From Nemertoderma westbladi (lineage: Eukaryota; Animalia; Xenacoelomorpha): 64,000 nt of DNA. The translations under genes were made by a program, and so were the position numbers. Shown here one piece after another: positions 25,499-39,031 of this stretch. Position 1 is the first letter of the stretch. Every line of letters starts with the position of its first letter. The stretch spans positions 1-64,000 of the forward strand of contig JAUCBJ010000009.1 of assembly GCA_032718475.1 (NCBI GenBank), given 5' to 3'. The notes beneath the pieces were generated by a model that had not been told where the DNA came from, searched no databases, and saw only the letters and a program-made list of their open reading frames with translations.

Positions 25499-27170
25499 TA
25501 GGGCTCAACAGAAGCTTCGGCTTCGGTTCGGTTCGGGCCGAAGTTTGGCAATTTCGGTTCGGTTCGGCTTCTGCAATTGATACTGCAGAAGCCCGGAGCA
25601 AACTTTGCTAAATATTCCAAGTATTACATTGACTGATTGAGCTACAGTAAGACCAGAAGACAGTAAGACTAATCAATCTGTCCATCGTTGTACTAATTAA
25701 TTTTGGAGTGTAAACGTTAAGCAGACACTGGTGCAGACACCTGGTGCAGACACTGGTGCAGACAGTGGTGCAGACACTGGTGCAGACAGTGGTGCAGACA
25801 GCGGTGCACGCACTGGTGCAGACATTGGTGCAGACACTGGTGCAGACAGTGGTGCAGACACTGGTGCAGACAGTGGTGCAGATACCTGGTGCAGACACTG
25901 GTGCAGACACCTGGTGCAGACACTGGTGCAGACACCTGGTGCAGACACTGGTGCAGACAGTGTGGTGCAGACACTGGTGCAGACACTGGTGCAGACACTG
26001 GTGCAGACAGTGGTGCAGACACTGGTGCAGACAGTAAAGGGGCGAGCAGGTTAGTAAAGGAACAGGTTTCAGAGGAGTATTGGGGGAACCAAAACAATAA
26101 ACGTTATTGTTTTGTGGGCTAGGAATACCCAAGGGCCAAGAATACTCGCAGGCTAAGAATACTCGCGGGCTAAGAATTCCTGAGACCTTACAGTAGTTCG
26201 TGAATGTATATCCCCAGCATGAGACAATAACTTAATGAGCTCGTTTTAATATACAGTAATAAGCAGTGGCTCCAGTAAAGGTAAACCAATAAAACATACT
26301 CTGTATAAAGTAGGTCATGTAAAAAACAATCAAACACTTTCGCTTATACCTCATTCCTTGGAGACATTGCTGCTTACAATTTATAGACATTATTGTTTAT
26401 ATGAAAACGGGAATACCGATTAATTATTTTCGTACACACCACTTATAATTATTTGTAATCAGCGCACATTCACCCGCACGCACCTCGACTTGTACTATAT
26501 ACGTCCTCCCTACTTCAACTTTTCAGTAGTTACTCGCATATTTGTAGATAATAAAGTCAGAAAGTCTATGATAAAATATCATATAATAGTGCCTGGTGAT
26601 ATTGTGTTTTGTGGTACTCTGGTATTTCAGTATTTTCACCAGGTGTCTGCACCACTGTCTGCACTACTGTCTGCACCACTTTGTAGTACCCTATTTTTTA
26701 ATTAATCATAACTTTGATACATAATACCAAATATACCTACTACCTCATATAAATAGTATTACAAAGACTACCTGTACTTTTAGTGAGGTTTTCTAAATTT
26801 GATGTCACTACTGACACTGTACGGCTTACTACAGGTGAAAATGTAGTGCATACAGTAAGTGCATGCATACAGTAAGTATACAGTAGTTTAGGCTGTTAGG
26901 TTAGTAATGTACAGTAATGTAAATATTGCCATTTTATTTTGTAGTATTTATTTTTTTAATTAATCATAGCTTTCTCGCTAAGTCCGCAGACCAAATAGGT
27001 ACCAGTCTGCCACTGCCAGTCAGCCAGTATAGTGATGTAAATACGAATTTATGACCATAACTTGCTAACTTTCTGAACTTCGGTTCGGATTCAGTTCGGT
27101 TCGGCCCGAAGTTGGCCCTGCTTCGGTTCGGTTTGGTTCGGCCCCATAAAGTGCCTTCTGTTGAACCCTA
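25499..27170. mobile_element. Non-autonomous hAT transposon (1672 bp)
   Basis: TIR TAGGG(C/T)TCAACAGAAG; 8-bp TSD CTGAGGAC (25491-25498 and 27171-27178); (TTCGG)n subterminal repeats. The empty site is visible in the RTE copy at ~63150. Confidence 0.93.
25720..26035. repeat. 12/13-bp minisatellite (TGGTGCAGACAC/G)n
   Basis: Direct reading; a few inverted units at ~26640-26680. Confidence 0.95.
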
Positions 27171-27529
27171 CTGAGGACTTTCAAAGTTAACTGTCAAAAT
27201 TTTGGTCTTTCTGGAGTTAATAAAAAGACCAACACTAGAAGCAGCATGTTCTAATGAGCTGAGGAGCCGTTGGGCTCCCTCTAGTGATTCTGAGAGTACT
27301 CCTAAGTCATCAGCGAAGTCTAGATCAGTTAGGTACTTGGCAGGATTTCCTCGACTTCTGGAGCCAGTAGGTGGAGTTATCATCACCCCATCATCATTAT
27401 GATGATCTAAGGATATGCGTAGAACATAGTGAACCACAATAATGAACAAGAATGGTGCAAGTGTGTCTCCTTGGAGGACGCCCCATAACACTTCAAATGG
27501 TTCTGTGTAGTTGTAGAGTTGTAGGCAAG

Positions 27530-29415
27530 CAGTCGGTGAGAAGTCAAAAATTGGACTTGAGTCCAAAATTGGACTTCGACTCCAGTTCAAGTCCAAAATT
27601 GGACTTCTGTGAGTCCAATATTGGACTTCAAATCAGCCAATTGTTCCAGGGCCTTGGGTAATTGGATCGGGTGGGATTTTTTTTTTTTAATCGAAAATAT
27701 ATCAAAAAATAAGAGTTTTGAACAGGGGGACCTGAAATTCACAGGGGGAACTTTTTTTATAAGGCTTTGAATTTTTACAAAAGTCCACTATTGGACTTTA
27801 AGTCTAATTTTGGACGTGACATTGAGAATCAAACTTAAAGGTACATTAAAGCATGACAGATGAGAGACAGCCAGACAGCTATTAAGTTATGGAAAGTTAC
27901 CTTTGCCATTTGCAGCTCTGTATGTATCTTCAGTGTACTGTACTTAGAATATAGGCTAAATGGTACATTCTAGGTACTTTGTACTTTACTTTTAGCATAT
28001 TGTTTACATTCATGTTATGTCTAACCTTACAGCCTTATGTACCCAGGATTTTAGAGCAGTAGAGTCTTTAGGACTAGATTAGATTATGCTCCAACAAATA
28101 TTTAATTACAATTTATATTTGGTGGAAACTGGCTGACTGGTAGCAATGCCAGGTTTGCCAACAACAGCTGCTGCTACCTGCTAAGGCTAACTACAGTACA
28201 AGCTATGATTTCGTCTAAGCCTATGGGAGCCCTATCAGAAAGAAATACAACAAGTTGATGCTACCACCATATCTTCTAATTTTTCCATACAACAGGAAGG
28301 GTGTTTTAAAACAGCTGTATAATGAAAGGGGATTAGTAACTGATTAACGTGTTGGGGTCTCCACATAATAAGTACAAAGTAAGAAGTAACACACGTCATA
28401 ATTATAAACCAATTGAATGAAACGAACAGGTTACAGAGGCGGGCTTTTCTAACTAAAACAATAAACGGCCACTTTTGACTTTACCAATTGAAGGAGCCCT
28501 ATCACCTCACCACATACTACTACTACAATCGGCATGCTGCATTACAGCTGCATTATATATATAGACCCTATTACTGTATTAAGAATGCTGTGCCGGCTTG
28601 TTGACAAAAGTGCGCCTCCACGTCTCCCTCACACTCTTACAGCCTTATAACCCATGACATTTGCTAGATCATCCGCATTTTCAAGGCCAGTGTCCTTTAA
28701 TACAGTAAGAAAGATGCGTCTCAAGAAAGTCATGGGCTGTCCACCATGCTTATTCACTCCATGAGGTGCACTGGCTGGTCCTCACGGCTTAAAAGCGATG
28801 TCCTGCAAAGCGGAGGCGGCTTTTGTTCTAGTGTCAAGCTTGGGGGAACCAATGACTGAATGAGACACCTCCAACTCCAATGTTATATTGTGTCTGGTTG
28901 GAGATGCAGAGATGTGTATATTGTACTTGACACAGTGAACCTAATCAAAACAATCAGTCAATAAACATTAACTCAATTACATAATAGGTTACAGTTTTCA
29001 GTAGTCTTATTTTTGCCATACGAAAATACCACAGGTATGGGTATGAATGAACTATACAGCTATAACTCAACTACCGCTACTGCGGTATACACCGCTAAGG
29101 CAGTAAGGCTACCGCAAAGCCATACCACTACGGCAAAAAGTAACTACTGATGTCTGACTGTATGTGTGCGATCCCTGCTTATAATACTTATAATAATTAA
29201 TTTGATCATTAAAATAATGTTGCATTGTAAATGTAATTATGTAATATATATGTACTGATACGGGATGCAGTTTTGATTTTAATACCGATATACAGTATGG
29301 CAGCATGGGTACACTTGGAGTTGTACTAAAGTCCAATATTGGACTTTGGAGTCCAAAATTGGACTTGAAGTCTAAAATTGGACTTGAAGTCCAATTTTTG
29401 ACTTCTCACCGACTG
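27530..29415. mobile_element. Non-autonomous DNA transposon with 5-bp TSD, copy 1
   Basis: TIR CAGTCGGTGAGAAGTCAAAAATTGGACTT; TSD GCAAG on both sides; AATTGGACTT/AAGTCCAA subterminal arrays; carries an RTE 3' fragment (~28515-28940). Confidence 0.92.
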
Positions 29416-31119
29416 GCAAGGCGCAGGTCTAGGTACAGAAGTACAAGTACTGCACAATACAGTATCAGTATTGTGTTACCCTTAAAAAATATAAGCTATG
29501 GCTTGAATTACCTACTGCTGTACTGTAGCCCTTTTGTGCAGAACGCCACATAATATTGCCAGACAGTACTGTAGTGGCGGGTGCCGCGGTGGCGCCTATC
29601 ACACGTGACTAATAATTGAATATTATGACTAAGACATAAAAAACTTTCATTATCTAATTATTTAGGACAATTACATCCTGACATTTATACAGATCATCCA
29701 AGTCAGCAAGTTGATGTAGGGAACATTCAACATAGGTTGGTGCAATAACAACTTCGTACTATCACCCATATAACAATTGCTTGACCTGCAGTCAGCAGGT
29801 CAAGCAATACAGCAATAGGCCTACCGGCAGACCGGTACGGCTGTGCGGGAACTGTACTTCCTGTAACTGCATACTGTAGACCTACTGTTAGGCCCGGCTG
29901 CAACAACCTGCAAGGCAAGGCCTATCAGCGAGTCAGCCTACTGGCCTATGCTAGCTCAATACAATAGCTGGCTAGTACCAGTACTCTGGTACTAGCTGAC
30001 AAGTACTGTAGTATGCTCCGCTAGGCTACGCTCATGGCTGCATGGCATGGCAATGCATGGCAACCTTACTCAAGGTCCAAGGTAAGGTACGTAAGGCTGT
30101 AAGCTGTAAGGTCACCTCGCCATGTGCCATGGCTACAGCCTGGGGCTACGCCACGGCCACAGGAACAAACAGGCCACAGCGCTATCCAGGTATGACTGTC
30201 GACGGGACGACTGCCAGACCAGAATACAGGAATATACTGTCAGACTGTTGTCAGTTGTGCTGCTGTACAGTAGGGAACATACCCTTAAATAAGCTCCAAA
30301 AGCGGGTTCTTATTTAAGGAAAATGGCTCTTATTTAGGGGTTTTTGGGCCTTTTTTGGATATTTTTTCGACATAATATGCAAGAACTTGTTTCAGTAAAA
30401 AATACCGCATAATTTTATTTCACAATATAAAAGTTGGTTCTTTCTTGAACATAATGCAAAAAACCAGAAAACCTTTCACCGTCCGGTTTTTTTTCTACAG
30501 GCGTTTTAAAATTGCATCAAAAATACGACCAGTTCCTAAATAAGAGGGATTTTTTAAATTTACCTTATTTAAGACATCGAAATTGTACACAAATACTAAA
30601 AGTCCTTAAATAAGAACTTTTTGACATGGGTTTCTTATTTAGGTATACAATTTCATTCCAAAATCTGCATACTCCTTAAATAAATTAAATATTTCTCATT
30701 TCTCACAGAGAGTAGAAGCAGTTCCGCGACAATAATAATATTGCTCCTCAAAAGAGGGCCCTTACTGCATCAGGGACGCGTTTTTCGACAGAGCCCCGTC
30801 AACTGAAACAGCCAGTGCCGCTAGTCGATGGGGTTGACTTGTTGACGAGAGGCTATTATGAGGCGCAATGGGATACACATTGCGTGTCTCCTTCTGTCAA
30901 CCAATACTGGCCTCATTTCTCATATATTAAATTAAATAAATTAAATTAAATATCCTTACTGCCTTATATTATGTCTCTTATAACCTCGTCTCCCAGCCCC
31001 GTCCTCCTTCTGCCCTTATCTGCTTATGACAGTTATGACCTCCTACCCGCCTAACCTTGACAGGACATTGTAAGATGCAGAGATAAGGGAGCTTCTGAGC
31101 TTAATTGGATAGGTGCAAA

Positions 31120-34100
31120 AATGCACAACGAGCAACAATGACCAACAATAAGCAACAACGAGCAACAAACGAACAATGAGTAACAAAACAACGAGCAACA
31201 ACGAGTAACAACGAGCAACAATTAGCAACAACGAGTAACATTGAGCAATAATAAAGTACAACAACGAGCAATAATGAGGAACAACGACTGAACGAGCAAC
31301 AATGAGCAACAACGAGTAACAATGAGCAACTACGACGAGTAACATTGAGCAACAATGAGAAACAATGAGCAACAACGAGCAAAAATGAGCAATAATAAAG
31401 TACAACAACGAGCAACAATGAGCAACAGCGAGAAACAACGAACAACAATGAGCAATAATGAGGAACAACGACTGAACGAGCAACAACGAGCAACATTGAG
31501 AAACACCTAGCAACAATGAGTAATAATAAAGTACAACAACGAGCAACAATGAGCAACAACGAGTAACAATGAGTAATAATGAGCAACAACGAGCAACAAT
31601 GAGAAACAACGAGAAACAGCGAGCAACAATGAGGAACATCGACTGAACGAGCAATAATAAAGTACAACAACGAGAAACAACGAGCAACAATGAGCAATAA
31701 TAAAGTACAACAACGAGAAACAACGAGCAACAATGAGCAATAATAAAGTACAACAACGAGAAACAACGACCAATAATGAGGACATGAGGAACAACGAGTA
31801 ACAATGAGCAACAACGACAATGAGTAACAACGAGTAACATTGAGCAATAATAAAGTATAACAACGAGCAACAATGAGAAACACTGAGCAACAATGAGCAA
31901 TAGTAAAGAACAACAGCGAGCAACAATGAGCAACAACGAGCAATAATGAGCAACAACGACTGAACGAGCAACAACGAGTTATATTGAGCAACAACGAGAT
32001 ATATTGAGCAACAATGAGCAATAATAAAGTACAACACCGAGAAACAACGAGCAACAATGAGCAATAATAAAGTACAACAACGAGAAACAACGACCAATAA
32101 TTAGGACATGGGGAACAACGAGTAACAATGAGCAACAATGACGATGAGTAACAACGAGTAACATTGAGCAATAATAAAGTATAACAACGAGTAACATTGA
32201 GCAACAACAAACAACAATGAGAAACACTGAGCAATAATAAAGAACAACATCGAGCAACAATGAGCAACAACGAGAAACAACGAGCAATAATGAGCAACAA
32301 CGACTGAACGAGCAACAACGAGTTATATTAAGCAACAACGAGATATATTGAGCAACAATGACTGAACGAGCAACAACGAGTAATATTGAACAACAACGAG
32401 CAACAATGAGGAACAACGATTGAACGACCAATAATAAAGTACAACAACGAGCAACAATGAGGAACAACGATTGAACGACCAATAATAAAGTACAACAACG
32501 AGCAACAATGAGTAACAATGAGCAATAATGAGCAACAACGAGCAATAAGAGCCTGTTTCAAAAAATTATGTTGGTAACGGACGGAAAATTCGCATGATTA
32601 AACCACAACTATTTTGAGATATTGAATGAATAACAGTAAAATGATATGCTACTCTGAAACTGACAACTGTACTTTCATCATGTGAAAAATAAATTAGAAA
32701 ATTACATTTAAGTATTTAAGATATTAATAGATTTGTTCTGGTAACGGACGGAATCATACATAATTGAAGAATATATGTAGCTTGGACAATCTGAAATTCC
32801 TGCAAATTGGCAATGTTTTCCAAATATTTTTTTGCATTGGAGTATAATTAAATATCCCTAGTGACATTGGTTAAAATTATTTTCGCAATTTGTATAAACC
32901 ACGACTGTGACAGTATAATAAACAAAATAATACACGGTAACGGACGGAAGGTAACGGACGGAATAAAATACCGCAATGCAATTTGTGATATTTATATACA
33001 GTTTAAGTAGAATTAACTTGCTCATAGTGCTCATACACCTCAATAAATGTTTTTCATAGTGTCCTAAATTGTGCATGAAGTTTAAAATATCCATTGTCTC
33101 TATTAAAATTTCAATTCTCTACGGACCGAGCAGAAAAGTTGGAGGACTCGTGAATATTCATTAGCATCTAGTGAATGAACCAGTAAACGTTCCGTGCCAG
33201 CAATCAGTTGAGGTTGATTAATCACGCAAAGTTTATGCTGATAATTGTATGCATGGATATGATCATTTGCTGCTGAGGAAGGAATAAAACGGTTTGGACC
33301 AATTACTTTCATAAATCGCACCTCAACCAATGGGCCATTTGCATCTATGACTTTCTCTATACATCCAGGAATAAAGTTATCATCATAAATAGCAGCTATC
33401 CAGCTGCCCACAACAGGAACTTCAGATGTTTCTCGGATAGGATTAGAGTCTTGACTCTCTTCTGAGTTTTGACATTCTTCCGAATCCACTCCAATATCAC
33501 TCCCTTGACTATTACCATTAGATGAGCTATAATCACAACAAGCAATCTCATTTATGCAATTAGCTAATTCATAAAATATGAGTTTTTGATCTTTACGTAT
33601 GACTTGATGGATTTTCAAAGTGCGATATATATAATTAATGTAATAATGTATTGATAATGTAATAATGTATTAATAAGTCAATTTAATTTTCAATTCAACA
33701 CAGCAATTAATCTATTTTTAGGAATTCAATTATGTATAAATAAAATAGCTGCACAGTATAATTAACATCTCAGCTTTAGTGGGATAAAAGTCATAATGAA
33801 GTTCAGGCTATGCAAGGTACATGCAGTAATATCAAGTCTGATTTAGGTAGTTATACTATTATTTCTGTATTGTATGTCAATATGGTGCAGCCCAAGTCAA
33901 GCAGTCACAATGAAAGCTGTTTTGAATTTCCCTCCTCTGGAATTTGGAATTTCCCATAACTGCAATGCTAATTACAAATGTATGTCTGAGTCAGCATGTA
34001 AAAGAGCCGTCACTTCTACATAATATATATAAGGTACTTCCGGACATTATGTGCTCTATACATTTAAACATATCATACAATCAGTAATAAGAGTATACAT

Positions 34101-34945
34101 AAGATACTTCAACAGACCACACTATACACACCATGATATATATAATGCATGCAGGACACAGGTACACCATACAAATTATTAGAACAGAAATATTGTGCTT
34201 ATGGTAATTTCACAATATGGTAATTAATTAGGTAACGGACGGAAATTAAATAGGTAACGGACGGAATAAAAGTTAGTCGAATTAAAAACAATATTTATTT
34301 TGCACCTAAATGTTCAACTTCTTCCAGTTTTATTGTTCTAACAATAAATTAGAACTTACAAAAAACCTGGACTATTCTGTGCTACACTACTCCAATTAGG
34401 TTGAAAATTGTAACTCATGGTAACGGACGGAAGTAACGGACGGAACGAGTTTTGGAACTGCTGGCCATGCCAAAATACGTAACGAATTATGCCACAATCA
34501 TTGAATTTGCCATTACTAATATTTCAATAAAATTTCTTGAAAAAAATTTTTGTTAATAATATTATTTATAACAAATATATCACACATTTTGCATTTATTG
34601 CCATTTTTTGTGTGAAAATTGAAAAAAATGTAAATTTTAGTACAGCTTGTAATTTGAGATAACTAAACAAAAACCAATAATTATTTTCAATTTTATAGAC
34701 TTTCAAATGTAGTCTAATGGTATATACTACTAAAAATATGCAAAACGAAAGTTTATTTTTTACCACATTGGTTGACCATTTTGTGAAACAGGCTCATAAT
34801 AGAGTACAACGAGCAATAATAAAGTACAACTAACGAGCAACAATGAGCACCAACAAGCAACAATGACCAACAACGAGCAACAATGACCAACAATGAGAAA
34901 TAATAAAGCACAACGAGCAGCAATGAGCAACAACGAGCAACAAAC
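31120..34945. repeat. Low-complexity (GAG-CAA-CAA-T/C)n satellite, split by a Sola-like insertion (31120-32548 and 34796-34945)
   Basis: Degenerate ACGAGCAACAATGAGCAATAATAAAGTACAAC units on both sides of the insertion. Confidence 0.92.
32549..34795 (-). mobile_element. Internally deleted Sola-like DNA transposon (2247 bp)
   Basis: GAG...CTC termini (TIR GAGCCTGTTTCA), 4-bp TSD ATAA and many GGTAACGGACGGAA subterminal repeats. The residual ORF 33103-33618 (VGSWIAAIYDD...VEVRFMK) resembles a transposase C-terminus. Confidence 0.78.
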
Positions 34946-37845
34946 TGCGTCGAACCGGATTGAATGTGGGGGAGAGCCACGTTCAAGTGAGCGAAGCCTT
35001 AGCATATGGGTGCTATTAACGAGTTGTCTGTCGTCGTTGTAAATTTTTTATCGCTAATAACTCAGTCATTCCTTGATGAAATTAAACGAAACTTAGTATG
35101 TATGTAGTCTGTCAAAAGATTAGAAATAATCTGAAGTTTGGTAAAAAACAAACGAACGCAATGAGGCAAATTAAGGAGACGAGTATTGTGTTGAACGACC
35201 TCTGACTAACGAAAGACAACATGTTAATGGCTGAATGGGGTGGGGCCCCTATCAGCTAGGGCTAGCTAAGACTTTGCTCACTTCATGCTGCGCAAAGGTC
35301 CCACGAACGTGTCCCACTCCTGCCTGAGCCAGTTGAGCCAAAACGTCATCCAGTCATCATATTTAACCTTCATAACGTCTATCAGCTGCTCAACCGAACC
35401 ATCTTTGTGCCTATTGACATGACATTGACATTGGTTTTTCACTTTTTTCACACCTTTCAAGTGTCAAGTACAACATTGTGGACAATCCATCTAAGTGGGG
35501 CGTCACGCGGAGCAGAAGAGGAAATGCAGGACACAAGTTAGTTTTTCGAAACTGTGCGGCGATGTCCAGTTACTTGAGTCATGTTTCATCGAAATACGTG
35601 ACAATTATGTGCGCTCAGATGGGCGATGGGCTATTCTTTTGAATATCAATGGGCTATTCTATGCAGCTATGCGACCGTGTGAGGTAAGAATGCCAGTGCT
35701 AGCAACTTCATTATGATACGATATTCTATAGAGGATTTATAGAGTGCAGTGCAACCATTGTCCTTATCCTTATCCCAACAATTAGCAATATACAGACTGA
35801 CATAAATCAAAGAATTATGAAAGAAGTGTAACACATACAGACAGACATACTGTAAGGAATAAGGAATATTTATTTTATTTAAGGAATGTGCAGATTTTGG
35901 AATACAATTGTATTCCTAAATAAGAAACCCAGGTCAAAAAGTTCTTATTTAGGGACTTTTAGTATTTATGTGTACAATTTCGATATCTTAAATAAGGTAA
36001 ATTTAAAAAATCCCCCTTATTTAGGAACTAGTCGTATTTTTGATGCAATTTTAAAACGCTTGTAGAAAAAAAACCGGACGGTGAAATGTTTTCTGGTTTT
36101 TTGCTTTATGTTCAAGAAAGACCCAACTTTTACATTGTGAAATAAAATGATGCGGTATTTTTTCATGAAACAAGTTATTGCATATTATATCGAAAAAATA
36201 TCCAAAAAAGGCCCAAAAACCCCTAAATAAGAGCCATTTTCTTTAAATAAGAACCCACTTTTGGAGCTTATTTAAGGGTAGGTATGTTCCCTACTGAAAG
36301 GAATGTCGTGGTGCGCTGGTGCCCAGTGTCTGTGTGAATAGGCTGATAGGTGACTTGTGTGAATAGGCTGATAGGCTGATAGGTGACTAAGTCAGTAAGT
36401 CTAATAACATATGAATGAATTAATTTCCATGATATATAAAATGCCAAATTATTAATAAATATTTATAATTATTACTGTATTAGGCTGCAGAGCTGGTGGG
36501 AATAGGCCTACGACAACTGGGTATGAGATCTCCTACCGTAGTGCAGTACTGTACCGCAGTGTATAAGTGGCCTCTTTTCAAGTGGCCTCTCAAGGTGACC
36601 TGGTAGGCCGCAGTATATAGTAGGCCATGCATGATAATTTGCCTAACAATTACTGACAGATAAATCAAATGTCTTCACCCACAAAATCCTATACAGTAGA
36701 AACACGCACACCAGCCAGCCAGCATCAGCCTAGCATATCCTGAATAGGATATGCTGAATAGGAAACACACATATTATTCTAAAACATATCCTACTGTGGA
36801 TATATCCAAAATATCCCCACCAGGATATAAATAAAACATATCCTGCTGGGGATATGTCGATAATATCCCCAGCAGGATAGAAATCAATGTGAATTTAAAA
36901 CCCCTATAATCTTCTTATAAATCTTACCAATGACAAGTTTACAATTTTTGTAACCTATTGATCATTGTAATACCGAAGAAATACATAGCTATCCAACCAA
37001 TTTTTGCGCAAACCGGAAAAATGGAAAATGTGCCTTCTATCCTGGTGGGGATATGTCATGAGGTAGAATAAAACGTCTGTCCTTATCTGATCTGATCTGA
37101 TCTGATCTGACAGCATCTGATCCTATAACCAATCAGGAGAAAGAGATATAATATTTACCTAACTGTCTGTTAGGTAAATAGCCAATAGCTGAATAGGGGA
37201 TCACGTTTCAGGTTGCCTGTTACGTATCAGTATCATCATATGAAGTAGCAGTACAGGCATATCGGTATGCATCTAAATGCACAAAGGCATGTTATTATAT
37301 ATTAAAAATGCGATATACAGTAGGATGAAGGATGGTGGGTATGAAAGTCGTAGATTTAGTCTGTTAGTTGGTGTTGAAATATTAAACTTTTATTAAAAAA
37401 CAATACAGCATTTGCTGCAATATTTTTCTCGTAAATCTTTCTTGTTAATAGTTATCATTATTAATAGTTAAAGTTAATTATATTAATTATAATTAATATT
37501 ATTAATTAAGTACGGTAATGATTCTTATTAATATATTACATTTAAAATATGTATGAAATTTAAGAAATTTATTAATTTTACTATTTATTAAAGAATAGGG
37601 GAAGGTGGATGGGAATGTGGGAATTTATAAACACTTATTACCTTCCAATTGAAGGAAAAGAGCAGGTTACAGCGGCTGTAATTTCTAACCAAAACAATAA
37701 ACGACGTTGTTACCTACAAATTGGGAAAGGAGCAGGTTACCGAGAAAGGGTTTTCTAACCAAAACAATAAACGATTTTGTTACCTACCAATTGAGGGAAA
37801 GTAGAATATGTTACCGCGGCGGCTTGTTTACACAGTTACACCGGT

Positions 37846-39004
37846 TGTAAAAGCTTTTGCGTAATTAGCCGGTTATTTTCCCCGTAAAGTACTCTGTAGT
37901 TGGTTTACTGGACATAAAAAGGCCGTGTCCTTACTGTACTGGTGTTTTAGAGGACATAAAAGCCATTTCTTCTGTATTTGTACTTTAGAGGACATAATCC
38001 GCAATTTCGGGACACAATAAGCTCGATACTCTTGAAAACAGTGTCGCTACCATGACGACGGCTAACAGCTGATATTGCCACGTCGACATTTCTTTGTTTC
38101 TTTGTTCTCTCGTTGTTCGGTCGACCAATCAGAGCGTTTTTTGTCTCTGTGTTGGAGGTGGATACAGAAACTCAGGAATTCAGTGTTATGTTTTTGCCCA
38201 GAGCCTAAGAACACCGGCTTTTGGCACCTCCGTGTTTCAGTCTTTAGTTTAACATTAGTAGGCTTAATTATAGAACGTATATCTGTTACCGAGTTAACTC
38301 ATTCACTTAATAATCATTTATACCTTAATATTACTGCTTTTACTGTCGGTTATTCATTATATTGGTTGATGAAATATTATATCGGAATACTGATCAATAG
38401 TCAGATACCCCACCTTCTTGATATACTAAAGGTTAGAAAGACCGGTTACAGATAAACGATTGCGACCTATGTTAAGTGGTTTGAAGTGAATCTAATGCTA
38501 TTTCATATATGCCCAACATAAATTGTCTGTTGCTCTCTTTATACGTGACTAAATTTAGTGAAGGTCGGCAGGTTAGTGTGCAGTATTGTGCAGCATTGTG
38601 TATGAGTGTAACCGATAACAAAGCATCTCCTAAAGAATGCGCCATATACGTGAATCTATAGCCTTTTCGTTGTGTCTAGTTTAAGACATAACTCTGTTTA
38701 CATATTTAGAGCGCCACGTCCTAAAGGAACTGTTAATATTTCCCGAAAGTGAATAATATTTGTCAGAGATTATATATTACGATCAGTCGAATAATACAGG
38801 AATAATACAGTAGGCTTACACCATCAATCATTAAGCTTCCGAATTCAGTCTCCCGGGTATATCCAGCGGGTGAATGATTGCGCATAGACTGGCTTCGGCT
38901 AATGTAGTGTATCAAATACTCGTTATAAGCTAAAGACTATATATCATCTAAAAGACATCCTAATTTGGCAGGTTAAACTGTCAAAGGTCTTAAAAGCGCA
39001 AACA
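37846..39004 (+). mobile_element. Solo LTR (1159 bp) related to the BEL/Pao LTR at 6613-7769
   Basis: TGTAAAAGCTTTTG...GCGCAAACA flanked by a perfect 5-bp TSD CCGGT (37841-37845 and 39005-39009). Confidence 0.92.
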
Positions 39005-39031
39005 CCGGTCACCTTCTTACTAACCGTCCTA

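Larger units (their letters stand above)
24811..27507 (-). mobile_element. RTE-clade LINE 3' half (RT C-terminus), interrupted by a hAT insertion
   Basis: GVLQGDTLAPFLF and DLDFADD (27168-27500), KVRLFRAAVVPVLLYG, RLRFAGHC and a trinucleotide tail; colinear with the copy at 62775-64000. Confidence 0.92.
30268..36296. mobile_element. Element with ~410-bp TIRs (CAGTAGGGAACATACC...), Tc1/mariner-like, enclosing nested repeats
   Basis: 30268-~30680 is the reverse complement of ~35875-36296. Left flank is TA and right flank AA, so the TSD is imperfect. Confidence 0.75.

Noticed and set aside
24852-25601. 249-aa ORF as a novel gene
   Set aside because: Chimera of a hAT end and frameshifted RTE sequence; the same applies to 27168-27596.
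25608-26132. Cys/His-rich repeat proteins (CLHQ, SAPV)
   Set aside because: Translations of a 12-bp minisatellite inside a transposon, open in most frames.
31043-32561. Long Leu/Cys/Val-rich ORFs
   Set aside because: Low-complexity satellite with few stops on the minus strand; no domain signal.
37636-37845. CRISPR-like repeat-spacer array
   Set aside because: Only 2-3 units, 14-nt spacers, no cas genes and a eukaryotic context; kept as a motif finding instead.
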